A stretch of DNA of 64,000 bases from Octopus sinensis (GCF_006345805.1 NC_042999.1:8742001-8806000), one strand, 5' to 3'. Counted from the first letter of the stretch, positions 24,398 through 38,154 are shown. A program made the numbers and translations. The notes: a model not told the origin generated them from the sequence alone.

Positions 24398-24544
24398 GAT
24401 ATAAATGTTGTAATAGCTTTAAAGGTTCAATTTTTAAAGAATTTTTGAAAGGGTGTATAAAAGTAGGTAGGTATAAAGATGGATAGGCAGACAGATAATG
24501 AGGCAATAGCTAGATAGACCGACTGATAGACCGATCGATATATA

Positions 24545-26007
24545 CAGGGCGCGTAAGGTATTTGAGGACATACGTTAATTTCACCTAGCAGCATAGTTAT
24601 CAACTTAATATTTTCTATATTTCAGAATTACCAATGACAGACCCTTTGATTATACAAGAAATGAAGAGACATGCAGTCATCGTGGCTAGAAACGTTCGTA
24701 CGCCGGGCGAAATGCGTAGCCGTATTTCGTCTGCCGTTACGTTCTGAGTTCAAATTCCGCCGAGGTTGACTTTGCCTGTCATCTTTTCCGGGGTCGATAA
24801 ATTAAGTACCAGTTACGCACTGGGGTCGATGTAATCGATTTAATCCTTTTGTCTGTCCTTGTTTGTTCCCTCTGTGTTTAGCCCCTCGTGGGTAATAAAG
24901 AAATATATAAAGGCTGAACATAGCAATTTAGTAATAACGCGATTTCTGAAAGTCGCTGGATCCTTCGTCTACAGAATTCGCAAGGAGTTAGAGGCTATAG
25001 ATGGAAATGTATCGGCAGTACTAAAAAGTTAGAAGCATTGTAGACGCACTGATACTATTAGAACCCCAGAATTTATCCAACAAGTAAAGTAGATCATTGA
25101 TGACAATCCCAGAAGGTCCTTGAGGTTGATTGCAAAAGATCACCATGTGTCAGTAGGAACAATCCGAAATGTTGTCCACAAAAACATCAGACACAAATCT
25201 TACGCAATGAGAAAAGGTAATTCTATGTCAGAAGCAGTGAAGGAGAATCGCTTAATCAGATCTAAAAGACTCTTGAACAAACTGAAAAACCCAGCAGAGA
25301 AAGATTTGGTTCTTTTTAGATGAGAAAATCTTTGATCAAGATCAGAAAAATAAACAGAAGAAATGGCTGGTGGCTATGTACAGACCCTTCGGAAGTTCCA
25401 AGAGTAATGCATACAAAATTCCCTGCAATTGACATGGTTTTGCGGGGTTGTCAGCAATAAAGGAGATGTGATGCGTCCTCACTTCTTTCCACAAGGTCTT
25501 CGAGTAAACTCTGCTGCCTACATAGATGTTCTGAATACAGTGGTTAAGCCATGGATGGATAACGTACGCAGCGGAAGACCTTATGTGTTTCAACAAGACT
25601 CGGCACCGTCACACAAAGCTACAACCACGCAGGAATGGATATCGGAAAATTTTCATGACCACATAACCCCCAACGTTTGGCTTCCTAGCTCCTCAGATCT
25701 CAATCCATTGGACTACTATGCATGGAGCGTAGTTGAGAAAGAAGGTTAATGAGCACACTCATAATACTAAAGAATCCCTAAAAGCCTCCTTAATAATCAG
25801 AGTAATGTCCAGTATGAACACAGACCACTTGATCCTAGCACGTAGGGGATTCAGACCTTGCATAGAAGCCATTATTGAATAAAAGGACGAAGCGATATGT
25901 TTATTCTTATCCTCAAAACATTTTTCAGTAAAAGGGCATTGTGGTAGGTTTCTAAGAGTCATTTTTGTGCAAATATATAACTATCTTCAAATAACTTACG
26001 CACTCTG
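24545..26007 (+). mobile_element. Decayed maT (DD37D) Tc1/mariner transposon with TIRs and TA target sites
   Basis: Left CAGGGCGCGTAAGGTATTTGAGGACA vs right reverse complement CAGAGTGCGTAAGTTATTTGAAGATA (21/26); TA on both sides; FQQDSAPSH...DLNPLDY with 37 residues between the Asp residues; frameshifted. Confidence 0.88.
24688..24905 (+). mobile_element. SINE family B nested in the maT transposase
   Basis: Interrupts MKRHAVIVA / IKAEHSNL. Confidence 0.85.
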
Positions 26008-26009
26008 TA

Positions 26010-26109
26010 TATATATAAAAATTTATATATGTGTGTGTGTGCGTGTGTGTGTGTGTGTGTGTATGTGTATATATATGTGTGTGTTTATATATATACATAT
26101 ATGTATATC

Positions 26110-26170
<61 letters not shown>

Positions 26171-26368
26171 TTATATATATACATATATGTATATATATGT
26201 ATATACATACATACATGTATATATATATTATATATATATATATAATATATATATGTATGTATACATATACATATATATATGTATACATATACATATATAT
26301 GTATATATATATATGTATGTATGCTTGTATATATTTTGACAGACAAATAAACAGACAGACAGACAGAG

Positions 26369-26407
<39 letters not shown>

Positions 26408-26416
26408 CAGATAGAT

Positions 26417-26467
<51 letters not shown>

Positions 26468-26476
26468 GGATAGATG

Positions 26477-26530
<54 letters not shown>

Positions 26531-26550
26531 AAGGCAGACAGATAGATAGA
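26010..26550. repeat. (TA/TG)n followed by (GATA)n microsatellites
   Basis: Direct reading. Confidence 0.95.
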
Positions 26551-26767
26551 GGGCATTAAAATGTTCGGACAGATAGACAACACAAAGGCGGACAAAAGAA
26601 ACAACAATTAGAAGGACGGGCAAAAAAGACAGATCATTCTTGGCTTTCTTTCATCAGTCAAGTACCAGAATTTATGACGATTTCGGACAGTTACACTTGA
26701 GATGGCTCGATCTGGTTGTCCGCAAAAAAGTCTAAGCTAAGAGCATTAAACCACTTTGTAAGAAAGC

Positions 26768-26925
26768 TGACGGGCTTCTTTCAGCTTCCGTCTACCAAAT
26801 CCACTCACAAGGCTTTGGTCGGCCCGAGGCTATAGTAGAAGACACTTGCCCAAGGTGCCAGGCAGTGGGGCTGAACCTGGAACCATGAGGTTGGTAAGCA
26901 AACATTTTACCATACATCCCCGCCT
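26768..26925 (-). mobile_element. SINE family A 5' half
   Basis: Homology to the family A head. Confidence 0.8.
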
Positions 26926-27756
26926 GCGCCTCTGTGTGCGTGCATGTGTGTCTGTGTATGTGTGTGTGGGGTGTGAAAGAGGGAGATAGGGAGAGAGAGA
27001 GAGAGATAAAGTGAGTGTGAATTCGAATTTATTCTTGCATCGTCCGAAGCAAATCGGTTTATTCGGTGCGTCTGAATCATTTCAATATCGATCTGTCCGA
27101 GAATTTTAACAAATGAACTCCTTAAATATCCCTGTAGGGTTTGGGGCAAATAAAATGCGAGCGTGTATGCGTATGTGTGTGTGCATGCCAGGATGCATGT
27201 GAGTGTGTGCTTGCTTGCGTACGTGCGTCTGGGAGTGTGTTTAGTACTTAGAGAAAAAATATATATTTTTTCAACCCTTTTTTTTTCCAGTTGAAATTGA
27301 TGAATCATGTCGAAATACGAAACAAAAGAACCAAAACAAAAACACAACCTTACGCAAATATATTACACATACAGAATCCAGACGCACACACATTCACATG
27401 CGGACACATACACACATGCACACACGTATCGATTCACAAAGAGAGACACACATTTACAAGCACGCACCACACACACACACACAGAAAGAAACAGCATGAC
27501 CACTCACAAGCAAAATACACACACACATATGCACACAGTACTAAAAGTCACACGCATATAATGGAATCTCCGTCGGTTTCGACGATGACTTTATCAGTTG
27601 TTTGGTCACCTGAAAAACCCAACCATTGACTAAGAGATTAAGTGGTTGAGTATACTACAGACGTTTGTGCATCCATAAGGTAACCACGAGAAAAAATCAG
27701 GGCCACAGAAACAAGGCTGACACTTTCAATTAAAGGATTTTGTCTTTTATTATTTA

Positions 27757-28105
27757 TTTGTTTCAGTCATTAAACTGCAGCCATGCTGGAGCAGTGTCTT
27801 GAAGAACTTTTAGCTCAATGAATCGTCGCTGTTCGTCTCATTTGCTACCCGCTAATTTACAGGGCGTAAACATGCCAACACCGGTTTTCAAGCGGTGGTG
27901 CAAGAAACAGACAAAACACGCACACACCCAAACTCCCTCACTCACACATACACATACATGAAGGGCTTCTTTCAGTTTCCATTTATCAAATCTACTCATT
28001 AAGCTTTTGTTGGCCCGAGGCTATAGCAGTTGCCACGTTGTGGTACTGAAACTGGAACCATCTGGTTGGGAAGCAAACTTCTTGCCACACCACCACTCCT
28101 ATGCT
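27757..28105 (-). mobile_element. Diverged SINE family A
   Basis: TTTGTTTCAGTCATT..GCAGCCATGCTGGAGCA tail and head remnants. Confidence 0.7.
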
Positions 28106-28239
28106 GATACACACACATATATGTGTGTGAGTGTATGTGTGTGTGTGTGTCTGTTTATACATGCATGTATATGTCTGTATGTGTATATCCTCACAGAGAG
28201 ATTTATCTGTGTCTTTCAGGCATATAAATCACTTGTGCA

Positions 28240-28950
28240 CTTATGCATGTATGCATGCATGTATGTATATATGTATGTACGTATGTATGTATGCATGTAT
28301 GAATATATGTATGCATGTATGTATGCATGCATGTATGAATATATGTATGTACGTATGTATGTATGTATGCATGTAGGTATGTATGTATGTATGTATGTAC
28401 GGGTGTATGTATACATGCATGTATGTACGTGTGTATGTATGTATGGATGGATGCATGTATGTATGTATGGGTGTATGTATGCATGTATGTTTGTACGTGT
28501 GTGTGTATGTGTATATGTATGCATGCATGTATGCATGTATGTATGTACGTGTGTATGTATGTATGTATGCATGTATGTGTGTATGTATGTATGTATGTAT
28601 TCATGTGAGTATGTGTGTATGTATTTATATCTTCATTTATGGATACGCATTGGATATAAGTATGTTTCTGTAAGCTTATATATGTGTGTGTGTGTGTATG
28701 TGTGTATGTATGTGTATACATATATAAATAAACTTATATATATATATGCATACATACATTCACGCATATATGTGTGTGTGTATAAATACATTCACGCATA
28801 TATATGTGTGTGTGTATAAATAAACTTATATACATATTTATATATATATATGCATACATACATTCACGCATATACGTGTGTGTGTATACATATATATATA
28901 TATGTGTGTGTGTGTGTGCATGTGTATGTGTATGTATATACATAGACACG
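28240..28950. repeat. Degenerate TATG/CATG/TG microsatellite tract
   Basis: Direct reading. Confidence 0.9.
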
Positions 28951-29439
28951 CAAATTAAGTAGGCCGATACACAAAAGCAAGTAGGAATACAACAGATTTG
29001 TATGTATGAGTAATTACAGTAATGACAGCGGTGACGCTGATGATGGTGATGATGAGGAAAGAGAAACGCGAAAGGAAGCGATGAGGGAGAGAAGTGTACG
29101 GGGATGGAAAGTGCATTTATTCTCCTCTGTGTTTGTGTGGAGAGAGAGTGTAAAACAAAAGACGATGGAAGTGTGAACTAGATGCTGGGTGCTGGATGTT
29201 CAGTGACAGGAAGAAGTGAGATTTGTTCACTTAACGAATTGAATTATTTTCTATGTAAGCCACGATGCTAATTATTGAATACGAGGGGCTTTGTTTTTTT
29301 TTAATCAATTCTAATTACCTCGTTTCATTCATGGTATCTAATGGATTGTTTTCGAGACATATTAAGCACAATCTTGAGAGAGGTGGGTTTCGAAATGTGA
29401 CCCCCAAAGTGGGGTAAATCGATATCTGCTATTTTTTTT

Positions 29440-29640
29440 TATCTTCAATTTGTTTCAGTCATTAGATCGCGGCCATGCTGGAGCACCCCTTCCAAGAAGT
29501 TTTAGTCGAATGAATCGACACCAGTAATTTTTTTGAAGCCTGATGCTCGTTCTCTCGGTGTCTTTTGCGCAGCTGCTAATTTACGGGGACGAAAACACAC
29601 CAACACCGTTTGTTAAGGATACACAGAGATAAACACATAC
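29440..29640 (-). mobile_element. Diverged SINE family A 3' half
   Basis: GCGGCCATGCTGGAGCAC motif and downstream homology. Confidence 0.7.
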
Positions 29641-30091
29641 ATATATATATACATATATACCTATATAGATACACACACACACACACACACATATATACAC
29701 ATGAATGTGTATTGGTTTCTGTCTGTGTGTTTGGGGTTACTCTTTCTCCTCCCACACGGTCCAACCGATTTTAATGATTTATGGCACATAGATAGCTCAC
29801 ATGCCCTGAAGTTCACATAAAGCCGGAATTTTTCGAAAACTCGATAATGCTCAGATGGCATCGATTTTCATAAGCTCAATCGGGCTTATGAATGGAAATT
29901 CCCATAACGATGTTATTTTTCCTGCAGCTTTTGCATTTTTCGTCCGATTTTGATGAAAATCGATGAGTTAGCGAGGCTTATGGCAGTGAGTAGATGTCAG
30001 TATATGGCGTTGACAAAAAATCAATAATTGCGCCTGAGCAGTGGTTTTATAAAATCAATAGGCCTGTTGTGTGCAAATACCCATAGGGATT

Positions 30092-30839
30092 TTAATTTTG
30101 GCCGTAACTTCTGTATTTTGATGTAAATGATCGCATGGATTCTCTTTTATGACATAACCATAACACTTTCCTTCGGATTTTGCTGAGATTGGACACGCTC
30201 ATCAATTTTGTATAGAGGGTGGCATTAAAGGGACAGAAATAAACAAACATCACTCTCAACGGGTCGATGTACACCCAAAAGTTTGACTGCGACTTCAGAC
30301 GGCTCAGTATGTAGGAGTATGTCGAAAGCGTTAACCGAGTATAATCTTTGCCGAACCAGATATAACATCTTTTAGTTACGCATAGGTTACATTTCTTAGA
30401 CCCATTTACATTTAATATGGATTTCTCAACGATTCTCCACTTGATTGTATGTGTTGTGCTGTTGGCCTTCAAACCTTATACATGGCTAGCCAACATAGTG
30501 GCTTATTTTTGTCGATATTCCTGAAAGAAGACTGGTGGTTTGCATATCGTCTCTTGAAATTGCCTTCGTATAACCCGATGTAATTCTTTTCAACTAGGTC
30601 CTCATGAAGCGTTGCTGTGACTTCTCCTTCATAGACGGCAGAATTTATCATGCACGCCTAGTCAAGTGAGCAAGCCTCATGGTCTTGACAATTACAAATG
30701 AGTGTGGGCTCTTGGTGACGCTTATGAGGAATAATTTTTTCACACTAGGGTAGCAGCGGCATGATATTGCAATCAAGCGCTTATTAATGATCTTCCTGTA
30801 ATTATGGTTTACTGCGAAATGTTTAACAAAAAGAGACAA
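30092..30839 (-). pseudogene. Penelope-like element GIY-YIG endonuclease relic
   Basis: Across frames: KHF..NH.YRKIINK, CNC...C, SAVYEGEV...NYIGLYEGNFKRRYANHQSSF, IKWRIV...CNLC; has stops and frameshifts. Confidence 0.75.
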
Positions 30840-31049
30840 GAATTTCTTACTTTAGTTTTAACGTTTAGGGAGAAGCGATAGGGCGAAACATATTATTTTA
30901 CTTCGTTTATTTTTGGTCTATTTTATAAAATTCATAACTTTGATTGAAGGGTTTAATATATCTTATCATTGAAGCCGCAGTTAGATAGGGCGTTCTTGTA
31001 GTAGGGACTGCCTTATCAAATATTGTTTTGAAGAGGAAAAATTAAATAT

Positions 31050-31810
31050 CCAGTTTCTGATGTTAGCAATTACGCTTTTGAACACTATGGAGTGGGAGTG
31101 ACAGGACTTCTTGTGTATATAGGAGAGCTTCTAGTTTATTAGTGCGGGAGTTTCAATCTTGGGAAACATCTAGAAAAGTCGATTTTTAACAGATTAGTTG
31201 TAACAATGCTTTTCAGATCTAATTATCACACTCTCGATACATTTAGAAAATAAACTCATTAGGATTCAAAATCAGTTTTTTAGGTCTAATTGACTAAAGA
31301 TTGATTATTTGGAAGAATCACCCACGAAGGACAGGACACCTCATTTGTATGGATGATGAGTGCATTCTTAAATAAATTCTGGGAAAGAGAACAAAATAGA
31401 AAGCCGAAGAAAAGATATAAAAACGCTTTAAAATCAAATCTGATGTGCCTTAAGTTACGCGTTGAATCACTTGCGGCAGATAGAAAAGCGTGAAGAGCAA
31501 CGATTTCGAGCGGTGTACAAGATTTTGAAGTTGACAGAGTTTAGCTTAAAATGAAAGCAAAATTGTGTAAACGTGAGATTGTTATCAAAAGCATTGTGGA
31601 AGTTTGTCCTTCCTTCTTTAAGTGTTCTTTATGCATAAAAATATGCATACCTCACAATGGTATGAGATCGCACCATCATGCCCACAGGGGTAAGGTATGC
31701 ACGAACCATTAGAATTTTATTCCAGGCGACCAGTTTCAATGCAAAGTCTATCAAAAAGCCTGCAAGTCACGTGAAGGATTGAAGCGACATTCGAACATTC
31801 AGAATAAACA
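31050..31810 (+). pseudogene. RTE-clade LINE ORF2 C-terminal relic
   Basis: HL.CMDDEC..K, KPKKRYKNALKSNL, ESLAADRKA*RATISSGV..FE, then two C2H2-like motifs (FKCSLC..., FQCKVYQKACKSREGLKRH). Confidence 0.55.
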
Positions 31811-31946
31811 AGTGGAAAATTGATTTAATGCAGAAATGAGACATTGTAGCAGTATTTGTCTTCAAATGCCTTTTAGGGCTCAAATGTCCTTTAAGATCTC
31901 TAAGAACGAGCAATTATAGGTACAAGTAGAGGTCAAACTATGAATG

Positions 31947-31981
<35 letters not shown>

Positions 31982-32057
31982 TAAAAAAACGGTAGGATAA
32001 CAAAAGAAAGAAAGAGACCTCAATATTATGTAAATAGAGGAAATTTATCTATAAAAT

Positions 32058-32442
32058 AATATGTACAATTACTCAATAGTCAAGATAAAACTCTTAGTTT
32101 CAGATGCCGAAGTGGAAATCCACAACACCATCTCTTCGGTTATCTGGCCATCTGAAAAAACGCTATGAAAAAATACCGTTATATAAAGGGAAATTACTGT
32201 GTTATAATTCTGCTACTTATATAAAATAAGATTAAAATGACTAGCCGTGTTTTACTATGAAATTTTAATCTTATTTTATATAAGTAGCAGAATTATAACA
32301 CAGTAATTTCCCTTTATATAACGGTATTTTTTTATAGCGTTTTTTCAGATGGCCAGATAACCGAAGAGATAGTGTTGTGGATTTCCACTTCGGCATCTGA
32401 AACTAAGAGTTTTATCTTGACTATTGAGTAATTGTACATATT
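32058..32442. repeat. Near-perfect fold-back: 181-bp arms, 23-bp loop
   Basis: 32058-32238 is the reverse complement of 32262-32442, with about 2 mismatches seen. Confidence 0.95.
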
Positions 32443-32443
32443 T

Positions 32444-32482
<39 letters not shown>

Positions 32483-32507
32483 GGAGAGAGAGGGGGAGGG
32501 AGAGAGA

Positions 32508-32888
32508 TGTTTCTTTATTAGCCACACAGGGCTGCACACAGACGGGACAGATTACAAAGTAGAGCTTTTCTTTTGGGGGAGAAAAAAAGGGGAAAGAAAA
32601 AAAAAGAAAAAGAAAAAAACAATCAATAGGGATCGTGTATCACAGAAATGTCATGATGTAAAGTGTAAAGGGGGAAGCAGAGAAGGTTTATCCGTGGAAA
32701 GAAAAGCCTACGGAAAAAACCACGGTAACCTCGGTCAATAATGTTACATCTTACCACATTTTGTTTGCAAGTAGGTAACCGTCTGTTTAAAATTTTTCCG
32801 GGTTCATAGGATTATGCTCAAGGGGGCTTCGTCATTCATACGTGCCATCCTTGCTACATTTACCCATCTTTTTTTGAAACATGCATTG
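32508..32888 (-). mobile_element. Tx1/L1-type LINE 3' fragment between (GA)n and (GATA)n
   Basis: Reverse-complement homologue of 56600-57138 (AAAAAAAGATGGGT.AATGTAGCAAGGATGGCACGTATGAATGACGAAGCC; CAGCCCTGTGTGGC.AATAAA). Confidence 0.85.
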
Positions 32889-32912
32889 ATAGATAGATAG
32901 ATAGATAGAGAG

Positions 32913-32977
<65 letters not shown>

Positions 32978-33328
32978 CTCTTAGATAAAAACACGGCATC
33001 ATATCTTTCAGGGGTGTATATGCATTAAATGTGGTACACAGATGGATAGATTAATTATTTCAAGTCTTAGTGTATCATATTTATATGTACATTTTAAATA
33101 TTTTAAATTTTTTCTTTAAATTAACGATAAGGGAGGAGCTGCCACCTGTATTCCACAACGTTTCTGCACTTGTTACCGAACATTAATTAAAGGTAATCTT
33201 AATTTTCTATTCTATATGGCAAAAGGTTGTGGCTTAATATTTAATTGAGAAAATATCTGAATTTTATAATATCACTGAATCAAATCATAACGTATATTAA
33301 TACACAAAGGAGTTTATATATATATATA

Positions 33329-33401
<73 letters not shown>

Positions 33402-33727
33402 GAAATAATATGGATAAATATAATCATCAACGAACAGTATTAATAGCTTGTTATATCCTATTGGCTGTATCGTATAACATTTGTTTCCGATTAGAATAAA
33501 GTTAATTTACTGAAGAACGGTTTTGTTGTCAATTAAAAAATAATGATTCGATGATTAATTACTGTAAGATACAATTTGGCACGAAACAATGGCGTTTTAT
33601 TTATACTGAAATTCTTAAGTTTCACGGATAAATGAAATATACTGTTTGGGAATGGTGCGCAGACATATACATAAATACTTGCACACACACACGCACGATA
33701 CACACACACAGACATACATACACACAC

Positions 33728-33763
<36 letters not shown>

Positions 33764-33954
33764 GGGGAATTGGAATGTATTTTCTGATATTACATATACG
33801 AAAATTGGAAGATTATAAAGAAAATTAGCACGGCCTATGCGAGATGATGTCTGGCAAACTTATTAGGTGCTCCATATGTGCTTCACGCCAGTGCCCCAGC
33901 ATGGCCGCAGTCCAGTGGACGATACAAGTAAAAGATAAAAGATATATTGAAAAT

Positions 33955-34192
33955 GAAGGCAGTGAGCTGGCAGAACCGTTAGCATGCCGGGCGAAATGCT
34001 TAGCGGTGTTTTGTCTGCCGCTACGTCCTGAGTTCAAATTCCACCGAGGTCGACTTTGCCTTTCATCCTTTCAGGGTCGATAAATTAAGTACCAGTTACG
34101 CACTGGGGTCGATGCAATCGACTTAATCCGTTTGTCTATCCTTGTTTGTCCCCTCTGTGTTTAGCCCTTGTGAGTAGTAAAGAAATAGGTAT
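33955..34192 (+). mobile_element. SINE family B, full length
   Basis: Homology to 21817. Confidence 0.88.
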
Positions 34193-34749
34193 TCATCAAA
34201 TTTACTAAACCATAGTTGCCGTTCTTAATGTCGCACATTGTGTCATTAGGTCTCGTTTATAAATCTGGGCCTCAAATCCGTTTGGCACTTAGAATACGCA
34301 ACACGAGCTGTTTGTAATATCAAGCCACAACTATTATCGTGGCCAACTCTAGTATGGAGGTTGTAGTGTCGTCTGCAATTTCTTCTGGTCATTGTTTTTT
34401 CCGTGAAGTGCATTTGATTCTTTTCTCTAAAAACTATTAACACCTGTGAATACTAAGGTCTTTGTCAGTCCAGCTTCTTTTCAGTTCCAAAGACACTAAT
34501 CTAAAAACCCTTTCAGACGTAGCCATCATCTTAGAGAAATTACAAATGAAAGACTCCATTTGCATATTCCTGCATGGAAAATGGATACACTAATGCTTCG
34601 CGAAGTTTCAATAAATAAGATTTTCGTAACCTGTTTTTTTCTGCCAAAGATTCTTAAGATAGACAACAGGTACACCATTGTGGATAATATTTCGTACATG
34701 TGAACAAGGACAAGATTTATTGTTGTATATGCGTACGTGTGTTGTGTGT

Positions 34750-35650
34750 GTGTATGTATGTATGTATGTATGTATGTATGTATGTATGTATGTATGTATG
34801 TATGTATGTATGTATGTATGTATGTTATGTATGTATGAATGTATGTATGTATGTATGTAGTATGTATGTAGGTATGTATGTATGTATGTATGTAGGTATG
34901 TATGTATGTATGTATGTGTATGCATGTATGTATGTATGTATGCATGTATGTATGTATGTGTATGTCGGTATGTATGTATGTAGGTATGTATGTATGTAGT
35001 ATGTATTGTCGGTATGTAGTATGTATGTATGTGTATGTATGTCGGTATGTATGTATGTATGTATGTATGTATTATGTATGTATGTCGGTATGTATGTATG
35101 TATGTATGTATGTATGTATTATGTCGGTATGTATGTATGTAGGTATGTATGTATGTATGTATGATGTATGTATGTATGTATGGTATGTATGTATGTATGT
35201 ATGTATGTATGTATTATGTATGTATGTATATATGCATGTATGTATGTATGCATGTATGTATGTATGTATGTCGGTATGTATGTATGTATGTATGTATGTA
35301 TGTAGTATGTATGTATGTATGTCGTATGTATGTATGTATGTATGTAGGTATGTATGTATGTCGGTTGTATGTATGTATGTATGTATGTATGTATTGTCGG
35401 TATGTATGTATGTATGTATGTTATGTATGTATGTCGGTATGTATGTATGTATGTATGTATGTATGTATGTTGTATGTATGTCGGTTGTATGTATGTAATG
35501 TAGTATGTATGTATGTATTGTCGGTATGTATGTATGTATGTATGTATGTCGTATGTATGTATGTATGTAGTATGTATGTCGGTATGTATGTATGTATGTA
35601 TGTATGTATGTATGTATGTATGTATGTCGGTATGTATGTATGTATGTATG
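34750..35650. repeat. (TATG)n array with recurrent GTCGG interruptions
   Basis: Direct reading. Confidence 0.95.
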
Positions 35651-35830
35651 TCTCATTGTTCAGTTTTATTTCAAGATTTCTTGCCAATAGAGAAAGAACC
35701 GGTTTCTAATCTAGATCTAAGGCTCTTTCAGAGTATTTTTGCTTGTACGTATGTTTGTATGTATATGTGCAGATTTGTAAGTTTTGCTTTATGTATGTAA
35801 GTATGTATGTATATGTGTATGCATGAATAT

Positions 35831-36041
35831 ACTCTCTTACTCTCTTATTAGTTTCAGTCATTTGACTGCGGCCATGCTGGAGCACCGCCTTTAATCGAGC
35901 AACTCGACCCCGGGACTTATTCTTTTGTAAGCCCAGTACTTATTCTATCGGTCTCTTTTGCCGAACCGCTAAGTAACGGGGACATAAACACACCAGCATC
36001 GGTTGTCAAGCAATGCTAGTGGGACAAACACAGACACACAA

Positions 36042-36097
<56 letters not shown>

Positions 36098-36255
36098 GAC
36101 AGGCTTCTTTCAGTTTCCGTCTACCAAATCCACTCACAAGGCATTGGTCGGCCCGGGGCTATAGCAGAAGACACTTGCCCAAGATGCCACGCAGTGGGAC
36201 TGAACTCGGAACCATGTGGTTGGTAAACAAGCTACTTACCACACAGCCACTCCTG
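35831..36255 (-). mobile_element. SINE family A, full length, young
   Basis: Very similar to 8121-8533. Confidence 0.92.
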
Positions 36256-36949
36256 ATATATATATATATATATGTTTTTGTGTGTATCCATGTGTTATGT
36301 ATGTGTGCATGCATGTTTGTGCATGTATGTTGTGTGCACGAGTGTACGTCTGTATGCATGTGTGTGTGTGCGCGCGAGTGTATGTGAGTGTGTATGTGTG
36401 TACGTGTCTTTGTATATACTTAGATAAATTGAAATGCGTTTGGGACGACATATTCGATCTTTAGAACGGCCAATTTCACTGCGATTTGACGTGGAGAAAA
36501 TTCTGACTGTAGGAACCAGGTGTTAAAATACAGACAATCTTTTCAGAGCGCCTGCATTGGACAAACGAATGCATATCATACTCTCTGACTATCCCCAGTA
36601 CGGGACAGCAAGCGAAGCTGAAATGACTTTGAGACTTGTGGTTTCCTAATAAACAATCAGCAGAAAGTAATTATTGACCACGTGCTTCGCCGCAAGACTC
36701 GAATAAAAATCCTATTTTAGGCGTACAAAGCAGTGTTTTGAAACAAAGAACTCTTTGATAAGTTTAAATATGTTTGAGACGTATCTGACCTGTAAAGAGG
36801 CATTTTCACTGCAGTTTGCTGAGAAAGAAAAATTCTCGCTTTGAGCATCAGATGTTAAAATGCTTACAACCATTTCAATGAAAACACAGATATGTGCAAT
36901 AAGCTAACCACTACCGTTGTAATCTAATTTACAAATGTCTTATACTCAC

Positions 36950-37053
36950 CTGAATATTCTGTTCCATTGACTTGGGAAGGAAGCCAAGTACACCTTCCTC
37001 GGGGTGTGATGAATAAATGGTGAATCCTTTGTCAAGAGACGTGCCCTCTTTTT
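36950..37053 (-). other. Candidate 104-bp exon of an unknown transcript
   Basis: Donor CAG/GTGAGT at 36950, acceptor CTCTGCTTTTGACGTGCAG/ at 37053; two open frames; product not recognised. Confidence 0.25.
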
Positions 37054-37195
37054 CTGCACGTCAAAAGCAGAGGAGGACTATATTTACATTCTCTCAGAGC
37101 TAGGCTTTTTAATATTCAAATTTACTTAAAACATAATAGTCTCCAGTTGACTCAACTTTCGTAAATAAAAAGTCAAAATATGGTGGTAGTAGTAG

Positions 37196-37282
<87 letters not shown>

Positions 37283-37899
37283 CAACGATGATGATGATAT
37301 ATGTGTTTGTAAACATATTTGGAATAAGTCCTTCGTTTAATCAAATTCTTATTTCACTCAGTATAAGAATTAATACAAAAAGCAAGAAAAGAAAAAAAAA
37401 AAAGAAAACGGTTTGCTCTTTCCAGCAATTTACAGACAAAACTCACCCCATAAAAAATGAGACAAAACAAAAGTATGATCAATATATAAAATACGAAAAC
37501 GAAAACAAGGTACCAAAAACGAAAAAAACCCTCTCCAGTTGACTACAGAATACAATTCTATCTTCAGCATCTTGAATTTCAACGTCAGTAAATTGAATTA
37601 AGCGTTTAGAGATAATAGTGTGATGAAGGGATAAAGAATGACCATTTTCTATGCTTGTCAACTATCTACTCGAGTGGGATCTAAAGTGCCCCATTCCTGT
37701 AGTAACAAAGCGTTTGGCTCCATCCTACACTGTAATCAGTCACTATAAAAAGTTAATTTAGGATTGTCCGGCTTTTATGTACTTTTATAAACCGTTTAAG
37801 AAAGAAAAATCTGTAGGTGAGCCTCACTCACACACATACATATCCTTTCACATACCCGCATACATGAAGTGTGAATACATACATACATACGTACATACA

Positions 37900-37933
<34 letters not shown>

Positions 37934-38081
37934 CATACATACATACATACATACATGCATACACCCCCCAATATATATATATATATGAGAGACAGTATTA
38001 TCAAAATACCATCACTGATGGTAAGCGAGTAGCAGCCGTACAGGCAAATTAATAAAATAGATACATATACACACACACACG

Positions 38082-38139
<58 letters not shown>

Positions 38140-38154
38140 CGTGTGTATAGGTAT

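Noticed and set aside
27120-27145. miR-10-like ATCCCTGTAG
   Set aside because: Only a short partial match and no precursor hairpin.
29035-29075. CTGATGA...GAAAC hammerhead candidate
   Set aside because: Lies in GAT repeats; stems I-III do not form.
31150-31230. Penelope RT motif on the minus strand
   Set aside because: Better explained by the plus-strand RTE relic.
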